A stretch of DNA of 44,559 nt from Candidatus Heimdallarchaeota archaeon (GCA_020353515.1 CP070695.1:4047632-4092190), one strand, 5' to 3'; shown: positions 1 to 10,228, counted from the stretch's first letter. Notes: generated from the letters alone by a model not told the origin. Numbers and translations: made by a program.

Positions 1-1116
1 GAAATAACGCCAAAGATTAAAGAATATGATAGAAATGAGGAATTTCTTCCTCCACTTGATAAAATGGGCAAAATGGGGTTGCTAGGTATTTGTTTCCCTG
101 AAAAATATGGAGGAGCAGGAATGGATTATCTAGCATTAGCGATAGCTTGTGAAGAGCTTGAAAGGGGGGATATTTCACTCCGAACTGTCCTCTCTGTTCA
201 CGTTGCTCTAACTTCATGCACAATTTATCAATGGGGAGATGATAAGCAAAAAGAAAAGTATTTCGTACCTCAAAATCATGGTAAAATGATTGGAACGACT
301 GCTATGACTGAACCCTCCTGTGGATCAGATGTGGCAAATATAACAACACGAGCGGAGAAACAAGGTAGCCATTATATTGTTTCAGGTCAAAAAACTTGGA
401 TTTCCCTAGCTGAAATTGCAGATAATTTCCTTGTTCTAGCGCGAACAGGAGAATCTGGTTATAAAGGACTTTCCCTATTTATTATCGAACGTGATTTTCC
501 TGGTGTGACTACTACCTCTTTACATCACAAATTAGGTACTCGAGCAGGAAACACAGGAGAGCTATTTCTTGATAAAGTGGAAGTTCCTGAAGACAACCTT
601 TTGGGTTATGAGGGTGAAGGTTTCAAGATTTGTATGTCCGCACTAGATAATGGTCGGTTTACTGTCGCTGCGGGGGCGGTAGGCACAATTAAAGCAGCTT
701 TAGAAGCATCAGTGAGATATTCTCATGAAAGAAAGGCGTTTGGTCAGGAAATCGGAAGATTTCAGTTGATTCAAGAACATTTGGCTCATATGCAAGCAGC
801 ATATGACGCTTCTCAACTACTAGTGTATAAAGTGGCTTGGATGAAAAATCAAGGAAAACGAAACACTCGGGAAACAAGTATGGCGAAGTGGTTTGCTACT
901 ACCCATGCTCTTGATGCAGCCAATAGAGCTATTCAGATACATGGTGCTTATGGATATACCAGTGATTATCCCGTTGAAAGATTATGGCGGAATGTACGGG
1001 GAGCATGTATCTACGAAGGAACAAATGAGATTCAAAAGTTGATTCAAGGATCCTACGTAATGGGATATCGAAAATATAAACCATTACGATGTGAGATGCC
1101 TCGTTATGAACCATAG
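1..1116 (+). CDS. Acyl-CoA dehydrogenase (5'-truncated by window edge)
   Basis: The frame is open from base 1 (EITPKIKEYDRNEEF...), so the true start lies outside the window. ACAD motifs: PEKYGGAG, AMTEPSCGSD, GQKTWIS, R-x2-FG, IQIHGAYGY and catalytic IYEGTNEIQ. Confidence 0.95.
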   Translation, partial: EITPKIKEYDRNEEFLPPLDKMGKMGLLGICFPEKYGGAGMDYLALAIACEELERGDISLRTVLSVHVALTSCTIYQWGDDKQKEKYFVPQNHGKMIGTTAMTEPSCGSDVANITTRAEKQGSHYIVSGQKTWISLAEIADNFLVLARTGESGYKGLSLFIIERDFPGVTTTSLHHKLGTRAGNTGELFLDKVEVPEDNLLGYEGEGFKICMSALDNGRFTVAAGAVGTIKAALEASVRYSHERKAFGQEIGRFQLIQEHLAHMQAAYDASQLLVYKVAWMKNQGKRNTRETSMAKWFATTHALDAANRAIQIHGAYGYTSDYPVERLWRNVRGACIYEGTNEIQKLIQGSYVMGYRKYKPLRCEMPRYEP

Positions 1117-1143
1117 GAATCAAAATATGAAGATTTGATTCCT
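1115..1143 (+). terminator. Perfect 10-bp stem-loop overlapping the acyl-CoA dehydrogenase stop codon
   Basis: AGGAATCAAA (1115-1124) pairs with TTTGATTCCT (1134-1143) around a 9-nt loop. A role as terminator or processing site is inferred. Confidence 0.4.
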
Positions 1144-1259
1144 TAATTCCTTCAAAGTAATTAACATGTATCAGAGAATTTTTCTACTCGAACGCATCCT
1201 AGAATTTTTATGTAATGGCATTTTTCCCAGTCCCTAACTAAATCACAATTTTTAGAAGG

Positions 1260-2369
1260 ATGAACATCTTGAAGAACCATGATCTTTGGAAAGACGAACA
1301 TTTTGGAACTGAACCTCCCTGTATTACATATGAACTTAAACCATTAGTCACTCCTCAAGGTGAGGTAATAGAAGAGCTCTATTCAGCATGGATCACATTG
1401 AATAATCCAGCACAATATAATTCTTATACTACGCAAATGGTTAAAGGAGTCATTGCAGGTTTTTCACGAGCCTCAATGGAACGAAACGTTGTTTGTGTTG
1501 TTTTTACGGGTGCAGGAGATCGAGCTTTTTGTACTGGAGGTAATACGAAAGAATATGCAGAGTATTATGCAGGAAAACCCAATGAGTATGGACTCTATAT
1601 GGATCTGTTTAATGGCATGGTTGATGCGATCTTAAACTGCAAAAAGCCTGTTATATGTAGAGCTAATGGTATGAGGGTTGCAGGAGGACAAGAAATTGGA
1701 ATGGCTGCTGATTTGACCATTTCAGCGGATACCGCGATCTTTGGTCAAGCGGGGCCACGTCATGGCTCAGCACCAGATGGTGGTTCTACAGATTTTCTAC
1801 CTTGGATGTTAGGCCTGGAAGATGCTATGTATAACTGTGTATCTTGTGAAATGTGGAGTTCTTATAAGATGAAACGACTCGGGTTAATCACCAGGGTTGT
1901 TCCAGTCCTTAAAAATGCTGAAGGTCAATTTATACGAAACCCAACGGTACACACAGAAAGTTACATCAAAGATGGTGAAATAATATATGGTGAATTTCTT
2001 TCTGGAAAGGAGTTTAAGAAAGGAAGAGAACTAATGAAAGGATGTGAAATCGATTTGAATCCTTTAGACAAAGCGATAGATGAAATTATCTGGACTTTCA
2101 CTAATCTATTCCCAGGATGCTTGATGAAATCCATTGATGGTATCCGAATGAAAAAGAAATTCTTTTGGGATCAAACTAAGCTTGCAAATCGTCATTGGTT
2201 ATCAGTAAATATGATGACGGAGGCTTTATTAGGTTTTAGGGCATTTAATGAACGAAAGCAGACTGGAAAAGATGTGATTGACTTTGTAGAATATCGAAAT
2301 CTAATAGCCAAAGCTCATCCATTTAATCAAGAACTTATTGATGCTGTTCTCCCAAAACCCAAGGAGTGA
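1260..2369 (+). CDS. bamA: 6-oxocyclohex-1-ene-1-carbonyl-CoA hydrolase (ring-opening crotonase of the benzoyl-CoA pathway)
   Basis: 369 aa crotonase with Oah/BamA-type signatures: WITLNNPAQYNSYTT, FCTGGNTKEYAEYYAG, RANGMRVAGGQEIGMA, GQAGPRHGSAPDGGSTDFLP, TFTNLFPGCL. Confidence 0.9.
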   Translation: MNILKNHDLWKDEHFGTEPPCITYELKPLVTPQGEVIEELYSAWITLNNPAQYNSYTTQMVKGVIAGFSRASMERNVVCVVFTGAGDRAFCTGGNTKEYAEYYAGKPNEYGLYMDLFNGMVDAILNCKKPVICRANGMRVAGGQEIGMAADLTISADTAIFGQAGPRHGSAPDGGSTDFLPWMLGLEDAMYNCVSCEMWSSYKMKRLGLITRVVPVLKNAEGQFIRNPTVHTESYIKDGEIIYGEFLSGKEFKKGRELMKGCEIDLNPLDKAIDEIIWTFTNLFPGCLMKSIDGIRMKKKFFWDQTKLANRHWLSVNMMTEALLGFRAFNERKQTGKDVIDFVEYRNLIAKAHPFNQELIDAVLPKPKE

Positions 2370-2372
2370 AGA

Positions 2373-3581
2373 TTGATGCGATTTCAAAATACATACGTGC
2401 CTTACGGGGGATATTGGTCCAGTCCCTTTGTTCGTTGGCAGGGGAGCTTCTCGAGCTTAAATGCTATCCCCTTTGCAGCTGAAATGACAACCAGGGCCTT
2501 GAAAGACCGGAATGTATTTTTAAACTCCTTTGATTCTCTTTACTTTGGTATAACAATACCTCAAAAACATAGCTTTTATGGTCAAACTTGGTTTGCAGGC
2601 ATGATCGGAGCTCCTGAGATTACAGGACCTATGATTGCCCAAGCTTGTGCGACTTCGGCTCGAATCATCGCTAATGCTGCTTCTGAGGTCGAGGCTAGTC
2701 TCCACGACCGATGTATCTTAACTGTGACCTGTGATCGCACAAGTAATGGACCTCATATTCTCTATCCGAATCCCCTTGCTCCTGGGGGAAAAGCTGATGT
2801 AGAAAATTGGGTGTGGGATAATTTTGGATATGATCCCTATGCAAAAAACCCAATGATTCAAACTGCTGAAAATGTAGCAAAAGAAGCAGGAATAAGCAGA
2901 GAAGAGCAGGAAGAAGTTGTAATCTTACGCTATAAACAATACAACGATGCTTTAAAGGACAATTCAGCGTTCCTTAGGAGGTTCATGATTTCCCCGATCG
3001 AAGTTAAATCAGGGAAAAAGACAATTGCTACAGTTGAAGGTGATGAAGGAGTTTTTCCAACAACTGCAGAAGGCCTTACAAGGTTGAAACCTGTTTTAAA
3101 GGAAGGTACTGTTACATATGGAGCACAAACTCATCCTTCAGATGGAAATTGCGGGATGATCTTAACTTCTAAAGAAAAAGCTAATGAGCTCAGCCTCGAT
3201 AAGGATTTTGAGATCCAAATTCTTGCTTATGGGCAAGCTCGGAGTAAAAAAGGATTTATGCCAATGGCTCCTGTTCCAGCAGCAAGAAATGCCTTGGAAT
3301 CAGCTCAGCTTTCTGTGGAAGACATTACATGTACAAAGATGCATAATCCTTTTACTGTGAATGACGTCTATTTCAGCCAAGAAATGGGGATAGCGCATGA
3401 ATCCATTAATAATTATGGTTCTTCCCTCGTATGGGGGCATCCTCAAGCACCCACAGGCATGCGCCTTATCATTGAACTCATTGAAGAGCTAACATTGAAA
3501 AATGGGGGTTATGGACTTTTTACAGGATGTTCTGCAGGAGATTCAGCGGCAGCAATTATAGTTGAAGTTAATAAGGTCTAA
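2373..3581 (+). CDS. Thiolase (acetyl-CoA C-acyltransferase), HNPF/GHPQ subtype
   Basis: Nucleophile QACATS, MIQTAENVA, variant HNPF motif, WGHPQAPTG and C-terminal GCSAG. It starts 3 bp after the bamA stop with a GGAGTG SD; the start is TTG 2373 or ATG 2376. Confidence 0.92.
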   Translation: MMRFQNTYVPYGGYWSSPFVRWQGSFSSLNAIPFAAEMTTRALKDRNVFLNSFDSLYFGITIPQKHSFYGQTWFAGMIGAPEITGPMIAQACATSARIIANAASEVEASLHDRCILTVTCDRTSNGPHILYPNPLAPGGKADVENWVWDNFGYDPYAKNPMIQTAENVAKEAGISREEQEEVVILRYKQYNDALKDNSAFLRRFMISPIEVKSGKKTIATVEGDEGVFPTTAEGLTRLKPVLKEGTVTYGAQTHPSDGNCGMILTSKEKANELSLDKDFEIQILAYGQARSKKGFMPMAPVPAARNALESAQLSVEDITCTKMHNPFTVNDVYFSQEMGIAHESINNYGSSLVWGHPQAPTGMRLIIELIEELTLKNGGYGLFTGCSAGDSAAAIIVEVNKV

Positions 3582-3614
3582 TTCGAAATATTAACTAGAA
3601 ATAGATGTGTTAAG

Positions 3615-4784
3615 TTGTTTTGGAAGAAGAATCCCATCTGGATAGTCGGAGGCACAAAAAATGATGGATCAAAATTCCAATTAACTATAAAAAAAAAGTT
3701 TTTAGGCGCCTATGTAATCAATGGAGGAAGGTTGGATGGAGAAAACGCTGGTGAAATAATAATTCCTTTGAATCATCAGAGATTGATAGAAGTAGATCTC
3801 TCTCAACTCTCTAACATAAATGAAATTAATTTGAAGAATTCTCAGACTGGTAAGATTCAACATTTAAAATTGAAATTGAATAATAACAATCTAGAAGAGA
3901 TTGATTTATCTCCCCTTGGAAATTGGAGTGATTTTGAGGTTACTATCGATCTTAGTAATAATTTTCTAAAAAGAATTGATTTAGAGCCCCTCAGTTATTG
4001 TAAAGGGTTGAGGGAGCTAAACCTGAAGGATAATCAATTACAAAAAATTGATCTTACACCTCTACAACATTGTAAAAACCTCTGTCAAATTAATCTTAAG
4101 AAAAATGCATTGTCTCAAGTAGACATTAGTCCATTGATTAATTGTTTCTCGAACTGTCTCCCACTTAATTACCCAAGCATTGACATCGAAAACCATGTTG
4201 AAGTAATTATTGGATCTAAATTGCACAAGGTGGGGGAATGGTTAATTATCCATGAAGATGCTGAAAAGAGAAAACATGAGAAAAGGGGGGATTATTCTCC
4301 TTTTACTGTCAATTTGTATTCCTGTCTTTTCAATGAGCTTTCAGTAGATGCTAATGTTGAAAAAGTTAAGCTCGAATTTTCTCAGAGATTAGGGACTTTA
4401 CAGACTATTCGTAAGGAGATATTGGATCTTTTAGAGCAATCAATAGATATGAGTAACCACAGTCCTGAAGCAAGTATAATCAGGTCATTCAAGAGCTTGG
4501 AAGAGCTACTTTATTTGACTTATGAAAGAAAGTATGGTCAACCACTTTCATCTATCAAACCGTCTGAAATGCAGAAGGTTCTGAATAATATAGGAGTTAC
4601 ACCAGATAATATCGACATTTGGATAGGAACTGTACGCATACTTCGGAATAGGTGTATTCATCGTGAGTCTCAAAAAACACCAATTCACGTCACAATCTCT
4701 GATAGTAATCTTGTAATCGAGACTGTGTTAAGAATATTTGAATATTGGGAGAATAACGTCAACGTGAAACAAAAAAGATCCTAA
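3615..4784 (+). CDS. Leucine-rich-repeat protein fused to a C-terminal HEPN (DUF4145-like) domain with intact R-x4-H motif
   Basis: Five LRR units anchored on (I/V)D(L/I)x(P/Q)L at residues 60, 96, 121, 145 and 169; the last four follow LxxNxLxxIDLxPL at 24-25 aa spacing. The C-terminal helical domain has ASIIRSFKSLEELL ... VRILRNRCIH (R344-H349, nt 4644-4661) ... SDSNLVIETVLRIF. Confidence 0.75.
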   Translation: MFWKKNPIWIVGGTKNDGSKFQLTIKKKFLGAYVINGGRLDGENAGEIIIPLNHQRLIEVDLSQLSNINEINLKNSQTGKIQHLKLKLNNNNLEEIDLSPLGNWSDFEVTIDLSNNFLKRIDLEPLSYCKGLRELNLKDNQLQKIDLTPLQHCKNLCQINLKKNALSQVDISPLINCFSNCLPLNYPSIDIENHVEVIIGSKLHKVGEWLIIHEDAEKRKHEKRGDYSPFTVNLYSCLFNELSVDANVEKVKLEFSQRLGTLQTIRKEILDLLEQSIDMSNHSPEASIIRSFKSLEELLYLTYERKYGQPLSSIKPSEMQKVLNNIGVTPDNIDIWIGTVRILRNRCIHRESQKTPIHVTISDSNLVIETVLRIFEYWENNVNVKQKRS

Positions 4785-4869
4785 TTATCGAAGGTGAAAG
4801 TATAAATTTAGAATCGCATGAAACGAAGAGGAGGTTATGAAAAAGAAAGGGATTGGGAGATTTATTGTA

Positions 4870-5769
4870 CTATCTAAATTGGTGTGGTTCTGGTGGTTTC
4901 TTGGTATAGTCATAGAATCCTTTCCCTGATTTTCTCCCAAAATGGCCAGCACGAACCATTTTTCGTAGAAGTGTTGGAGCACGATATTTTGAGTCCTGAA
5001 ATTCAGAATACATGTAATCTGCTATGAAAAGTGCTGTATCAAGGCCCACGAAATCTAACAATGTAAGTGGCCCCATTGGGTGATTCAGACCTAAACTGAT
5101 TGCTTTATCTAAATCCTCGACGGTTGTTACACCTTCCTGAAGAGTAAAAATCGCTTCCAATAGAAATGGGAGGAGTAAACGATTAACTGCAAACCCAGGA
5201 GCTTCATTGACTAGTACTGTCTCTTTACCAAGCTTCTTTGACAGTTCATCAATAAATTCGTAGGTTTCTTCTGATGTATCATATCCTTTAATAATTTCAA
5301 CTAAGCGCATAACTGGAACAGGATTAAAGAAATGCATTCCTATGAATTTCTCGGGACGTTTCGTTGCAGAAGCCATATCTGTGATGGAGATGGATGACGT
5401 ATTTGAGGCGAATATACACTCAGGCTTACAGATTTCATCTAATTCCTCAAAAACTTTCCTTTTCAAATCTCTGTTTTCAATGATTGCTTCAATAACGACA
5501 TCTGCGTTAAATGCAGCGGCTTTTAGATCAGTAGTACCTTTAATTCTATTCACAACTTGATTCATCTGCTCTTGGGTCATTTTTCCCTTAGTGACTCCTC
5601 GAGATAAGTTCTTTTTAATTGTGTTTAGACCATTCTCTACAAAACGATCTTCAATATCTCTCATGGTGACTTCGTAACCTGCTTGAGCACACACTTGTGC
5701 AATGCCGTTACCCATTAAACCAGCACCCATTACACAGATCTTTTTTACGTCTTCAACTTTCATTTTCAT
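4870..5769 (-). CDS. hbd: 3-hydroxybutyryl-CoA / 3-hydroxyacyl-CoA dehydrogenase
   Basis: GAGLMGNGIAQ Rossmann motif, VIEAIIEN, ASNTSS, GMHFFNPVPVMRLVE, PMGPLTLLDFVGLD, GRKSGKGFY. Confidence 0.95.
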   Translation of the reverse strand: MKMKVEDVKKICVMGAGLMGNGIAQVCAQAGYEVTMRDIEDRFVENGLNTIKKNLSRGVTKGKMTQEQMNQVVNRIKGTTDLKAAAFNADVVIEAIIENRDLKRKVFEELDEICKPECIFASNTSSISITDMASATKRPEKFIGMHFFNPVPVMRLVEIIKGYDTSEETYEFIDELSKKLGKETVLVNEAPGFAVNRLLLPFLLEAIFTLQEGVTTVEDLDKAISLGLNHPMGPLTLLDFVGLDTALFIADYMYSEFQDSKYRAPTLLRKMVRAGHFGRKSGKGFYDYTKKPPEPHQFR

Positions 5770-5813
5770 ATAACTTCCTGAATATGTACAAAAAACAAGA
5801 AAATGTCTAATAC

Positions 5814-7397
5814 TTAGGTGTTCTGTTCTTCGTTATATCGTTCACGTAGCAACCTATGGACAATTTTACCTGATCCTGTTCGAGGGATTTCGTCATAATC
5901 AATGAAAATTACCTTCTTTGGGACTTTAAACCTCGGTAATTCTTGTCTGCAATACTCCCTGATTTCATTGGCTAAACTATCGGAAGGTTCACTGCCTAGG
6001 GTCAGAGCACAGATTGCTGTGACGGCTTCCCCCCATTTTATATCATGAAGTCCTACTACAGCACATTCCAAGACTGTATTATGTGCTGTTATGACCTTTT
6101 CAACCTCTGATGGAAATACATGTTCACCCCCAGTAATAATCATATTTGCTTTTCTATCCACCAAATAATAATAACCGTCTTCGTCTTTTTTAGCCATATC
6201 ACCAGCACTAAAAAAGTCTCCATCCATACTTGCTGCTGTCTTTTCTGCTAGTTTATAATAACTAGTCATTTGCATTGGACTGCGTGAAAATAATTCCCCG
6301 ATCTCGCCTTGGGACACTAGCTTTCGAGTCTCGGGGTCTAATAATCTAATTTGATCGGAACCAATACACTCCTGACCAATAGATCCAGCTTTATTGAATT
6401 GATCCTCAGGCCTTAAAATCGTAACTAAACCCGCCTCGGTAGAACCATATGCTTCAAAAAGGCGTACGTCTTTGAAAAGATCCATTACACCATATTTCAT
6501 CTGTTTTGTAGCTGGTGCAGAGGATGTCAAAAGGGTTTTAATCGAGCTAAGGTCATATTTTTCTTTGATTTCATCTGGAAGGCTTAATATTAAGTTATAA
6601 TGTGTGGGGATCAGCGAAGTAAATGTGATTTTCTCTTTATCTAAAATTTGCAGAACTTCTTCTGGATTGAAACCAAACTCTCTATGGACATATACGGGAG
6701 CCCCAACATAGGTAAATACAAAGGAATAGAAAGTGGAATTCACGTGTGAGAGTGGCATTAGGATTAAACCATAATCCTCGTGAGTAAAAGAAAATTCAGC
6801 TGCATTGATAAGGAAAAAAGAGATATACGAACGATGAGAACGAACAACTCCTTTTGGTCTCCCTGTAGTGCCAGAAGTATACAATAAAATCCATGGATCT
6901 TCTGGGTTTACTTCGATTGACGGATAAGATTCTTCCCCTTGCTTTATAATGTCTTCAAAGTAGCTCCAATTTTCCGTAACGGGGATATCACCTATCACTA
7001 TATGATCTAGTTTGTCTAATCCAAAATCTATGACCAAATCCCAATTATTTATTGTTATTTCATAATATCGAGATTCCACAATTACCATTTTGCATTCTGC
7101 ATTTGATACAATCCAATAAAGATCTTTGGGTAAAAGTCGAAAATTCAAGGGAACAATAATCAATCCTGCTTTTGCTGCAGCACAATAGATTTCCATAAAT
7201 TCAACTGAATTGTTTGATAGAACTGCGATTTTATCTCCTTTGCGTAAACCTCTTTTGAGTAAACCATTAGCCAATTTATTAGTTTGTTCATCAAACTCTT
7301 TATTAGTGAATGAACGGTTAATATCTTTAACTGCAAGTTTATTGGGATATTTGAAAGCATTGATATGTAGGATCTCTCCTAAATGTAACCATTTCAA
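5814..7397 (-). CDS. AMP-forming acyl-CoA synthetase (class I adenylate-forming enzyme)
   Basis: YTSGTTGRPKG, AYGSTE, GD(M)A-x6-Y-x3-R, GGEHVFPSEVE, PRTGSGKI. The start is re-assigned from 7526 to the TTG at 7397, which has a GAGGT SD upstream. Confidence 0.9.
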   Translation of the reverse strand: MKWLHLGEILHINAFKYPNKLAVKDINRSFTNKEFDEQTNKLANGLLKRGLRKGDKIAVLSNNSVEFMEIYCAAAKAGLIIVPLNFRLLPKDLYWIVSNAECKMVIVESRYYEITINNWDLVIDFGLDKLDHIVIGDIPVTENWSYFEDIIKQGEESYPSIEVNPEDPWILLYTSGTTGRPKGVVRSHRSYISFFLINAAEFSFTHEDYGLILMPLSHVNSTFYSFVFTYVGAPVYVHREFGFNPEEVLQILDKEKITFTSLIPTHYNLILSLPDEIKEKYDLSSIKTLLTSSAPATKQMKYGVMDLFKDVRLFEAYGSTEAGLVTILRPEDQFNKAGSIGQECIGSDQIRLLDPETRKLVSQGEIGELFSRSPMQMTSYYKLAEKTAASMDGDFFSAGDMAKKDEDGYYYLVDRKANMIITGGEHVFPSEVEKVITAHNTVLECAVVGLHDIKWGEAVTAICALTLGSEPSDSLANEIREYCRQELPRFKVPKKVIFIDYDEIPRTGSGKIVHRLLRERYNEEQNT

Positions 7398-7798
7398 TGT
7401 GAATCTAACCTCTTGGTCCTTAATTGAATAAAAATATCTTTTAACTGAATTAACGCTAGTACTGGACTGCTTGAGGATGTGATTGAAGTTTCTTCCAAGC
7501 AATCTGACTTTAGCAGAATAAAGCACATCGAATTAAGTATTTTATTAAAATCCCCCATGATAAGGAAAACCTTTTTCATTGTCTATTGCCTCTTCTCCTA
7601 ATAGTCTTGAAGCACCCCTATGATATTTTTACGCTAGAATTTAGTCAACTACTTTTTTCTTAAGTAAACTTTTCAATAGTTACTTTATATTTATTCAATA
7701 GGTTAACACTGACTTTACCTCCTTAAAATATATATTAAATTTGCTATTTGAGCTTTTTAAAGACATTCATTACTTTTCTTCCCACGGATGAAATCATA

Positions 7799-9718
7799 AT
7801 GGCAAGAATTGAAGATATTTTTGAGAATGTGAGTGATAAGACTCTCGTTCTATTAGGAAATGAAGCCATTGCTCGAGGAATTATAGAAGCTGGTGTGGCT
7901 GGTGTTTTTACTTATCCAGGGACTCCCTCATCTGAAATCCCCAATACCTTATATGCTGCTCAACCATTCTTGAAGGAAATTGGGTACAATTTATATCTCG
8001 AATGGAGTACAAATGAAGCAGTCGCTCTTGAATGCGCTTATGGTTTCTCCTTATTGGGTCATCGGGCTATTTTTGTGTGCAAACATGTGGGATTGAACGT
8101 TGCAGCTGATCCTTTCATGACCCTTGTGAATGCAGGAGTGATAGGAGGACTAGTTCTAATTGTTGCTGAAGATCCTCACATGCATTCCTCGCAAAATGAA
8201 CAAGATAATCGTTGGTATACAAAGATGTCTAATGTCCCTATGTTTGAACCATGTGATGCTAGAGAAGCTAAAGCAATGCTAAAAGACGCTTTTCGTGTCA
8301 GTGAGAAATACCAAGTACCAGTTATTTTAAGAACGGTTACCAGGATTTCTCATTCTCGAGCTGATATTCATCTCGATCCTATCGCTCTTCCAGAGTTTCG
8401 TCAAACTATATCAGTTAAGATTGATCCCAAGCGATTTGTGTGTGTACCTAGCAATGCCCGTCAAAACAAACAGCGAATTTTGCAGATTGTTGACGATCTT
8501 TCGAAATATATCGCAGAAACTCCTTGGAATCGGGTAGATGAGGGGAATGATGAAACATATGCATTTATTACTTGTGGTTCGGCTTATAATTACCTGAAAG
8601 AAGTATTATCCAAACTTGGATTAAAACACCCCACCTTGAAAATAGGTCTTTCTCATCCTTTTCCTCGGGATCAGGTTACTCAATTCTTACAGAAATATTC
8701 CTCTTCCACAATTATTGTTGTTGAAGAGGCAGATGATGTTTTAGAGACTTTTGTGAAAAAATTGGCGTTTGAAATTGGATTTCAACAGAAGATAATCGGA
8801 AGAGGAGAAGAAATTACCCCTTCTTATGGTGAACTAACGATTCGGAAGGTTTGGGATGGTTTAGCTAGAGTAATGAATTTTAATTCGCTACCTCTCGAAA
8901 TACCACAAGATCAATCTAATTTGATATTTTCTCGTCCACCTGTTTTATGTCCTGGGTGTCCTCATCGAGCAACTTTTTATGCATTAAATAAATCTATACC
9001 TAGACGGCACCGTATAGTATCAACTGATATAGGCTGTTATACCTTAGGTGTTGCCCCTCCGCTTTCTGCTGGCAATGTGACCATTTGTATGGGATCTTCA
9101 TTAGGTATCGGTTCTGGATTGACTCATAGCCCTGGTTTAAAAGGCCCAGTTGTATCAATAATTGGGGACTCTACTTTTTGGCATACTGGATTACCAGGCC
9201 TCGTAAATGCGGTTTATAACAGAAGTAACCTCTTGTTATTGGTTGTTGATAACTCCGCTACAGCGATGACTGGTTTTCAACCAAATCCTTCATCTATTAC
9301 CTCTCATTCTCTTGTCGAGACTCTAGCTATTGAGAATGCTGCCCGAGGTGTAGGTGTAAAAAAAGTCGCGAATATTGATGCTTATAACCCAAAAGAATCT
9401 ATAAAGGTTATTAAGGAAGCTGTTAAACAAGAAGGAGTTTCTGTAATCGTATCTAAAGGAGAATGTGTAATTCAATCCACGCGGAGGGAAGGGTTACCAA
9501 AAATTATTTGTTATGTCGAAGTAGACCGCTGTGTTGGCTGTTACGCCTGTGTTAACATGATAGCATGTCCTGCTATCATTTGGTCAGATCGATCAACAAC
9601 TGAGGAAGGAAAACCCATTCCAATGATTGATCAGTCTCTCTGCACACGTTGTGGATTGTGTGCCGCAGTATGTCCTTATGACGTAATTGTGACAAAACCA
9701 GAAAATGAGGTTAAATGA
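7799..9718 (+). CDS. iorA: Indolepyruvate:ferredoxin oxidoreductase alpha subunit
   Basis: LLGNEAIARG, YPGTPSSEI, KHVGLNVAADP, SSQNEQDNR, RPPVLCPGCPHR, DIGCYTLG, TPP-binding GDSTFWH, and two C-terminal ferredoxin-type Cys clusters (CVGCYAC...CP, CTRCGLCAAVCP). Likely start is the ATG at 7799. Confidence 0.95.
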   Translation: MARIEDIFENVSDKTLVLLGNEAIARGIIEAGVAGVFTYPGTPSSEIPNTLYAAQPFLKEIGYNLYLEWSTNEAVALECAYGFSLLGHRAIFVCKHVGLNVAADPFMTLVNAGVIGGLVLIVAEDPHMHSSQNEQDNRWYTKMSNVPMFEPCDAREAKAMLKDAFRVSEKYQVPVILRTVTRISHSRADIHLDPIALPEFRQTISVKIDPKRFVCVPSNARQNKQRILQIVDDLSKYIAETPWNRVDEGNDETYAFITCGSAYNYLKEVLSKLGLKHPTLKIGLSHPFPRDQVTQFLQKYSSSTIIVVEEADDVLETFVKKLAFEIGFQQKIIGRGEEITPSYGELTIRKVWDGLARVMNFNSLPLEIPQDQSNLIFSRPPVLCPGCPHRATFYALNKSIPRRHRIVSTDIGCYTLGVAPPLSAGNVTICMGSSLGIGSGLTHSPGLKGPVVSIIGDSTFWHTGLPGLVNAVYNRSNLLLLVVDNSATAMTGFQPNPSSITSHSLVETLAIENAARGVGVKKVANIDAYNPKESIKVIKEAVKQEGVSVIVSKGECVIQSTRREGLPKIICYVEVDRCVGCYACVNMIACPAIIWSDRSTTEEGKPIPMIDQSLCTRCGLCAAVCPYDVIVTKPENEVK

Positions 9719-9735
9719 TCTAAAGGGAGAACATC

Positions 9736-10197
9736 ATGAAACAGTTAAATCCAGAGTGGTGTGAATGGATAGTACCTTTCATAAATTCCAGTCCATTCTT
9801 TTCTTTCATGAACATCAAATTAAATGAATTTAGATATGGAGAGTCGTTCTTAGAACTCGAAATTCAAAATAATCATAAACAATTGCATGGTGTTGCTCAT
9901 GGAGGGGTTTTAGCTGCATTGATAGATGCTGCAGGAACTTTAGCTGCAGTGACTCGGATAGAGGGAGATTATAGTGCAACAACAATCGAAATGAAAATAA
10001 ACTACCTTTCGAGTGCAAAAAAAGGGAAAATACTAGCTCATGGGCATTGTCTCAAGCTTGGAAAGACTATAGGTGTGTCTGAGGCAACAATTACGGATGA
10101 AGAAAAGAAAATAATTGCTCATGGAATAGTAACTGTAATGATAAGAGCACCTATTTTATTCCAAGGAACAGATAAAATTCCTACCAAATTTGTTTGA
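9736..10197 (+). CDS. PaaI-family hotdog-fold acyl-CoA thioesterase
   Basis: GVAHGGVLAALIDAA, TIEMKINYL, LGKTIGVSEATI; GGGAG SD. Confidence 0.9.
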   Translation: MKQLNPEWCEWIVPFINSSPFFSFMNIKLNEFRYGESFLELEIQNNHKQLHGVAHGGVLAALIDAAGTLAAVTRIEGDYSATTIEMKINYLSSAKKGKILAHGHCLKLGKTIGVSEATITDEEKKIIAHGIVTVMIRAPILFQGTDKIPTKFV

Positions 10198-10228
10198 TCT
10201 GGATGCTATCGGGATTCTAGGTGATTAA

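Noticed and set aside
3768-4145. LRR DNA repeats as a CRISPR array or DGR template/variable repeat
   Set aside because: The periodicity is protein-level and degenerate at the DNA level; there is no adenine-specific variant pair, reverse transcriptase or cas gene in the window.
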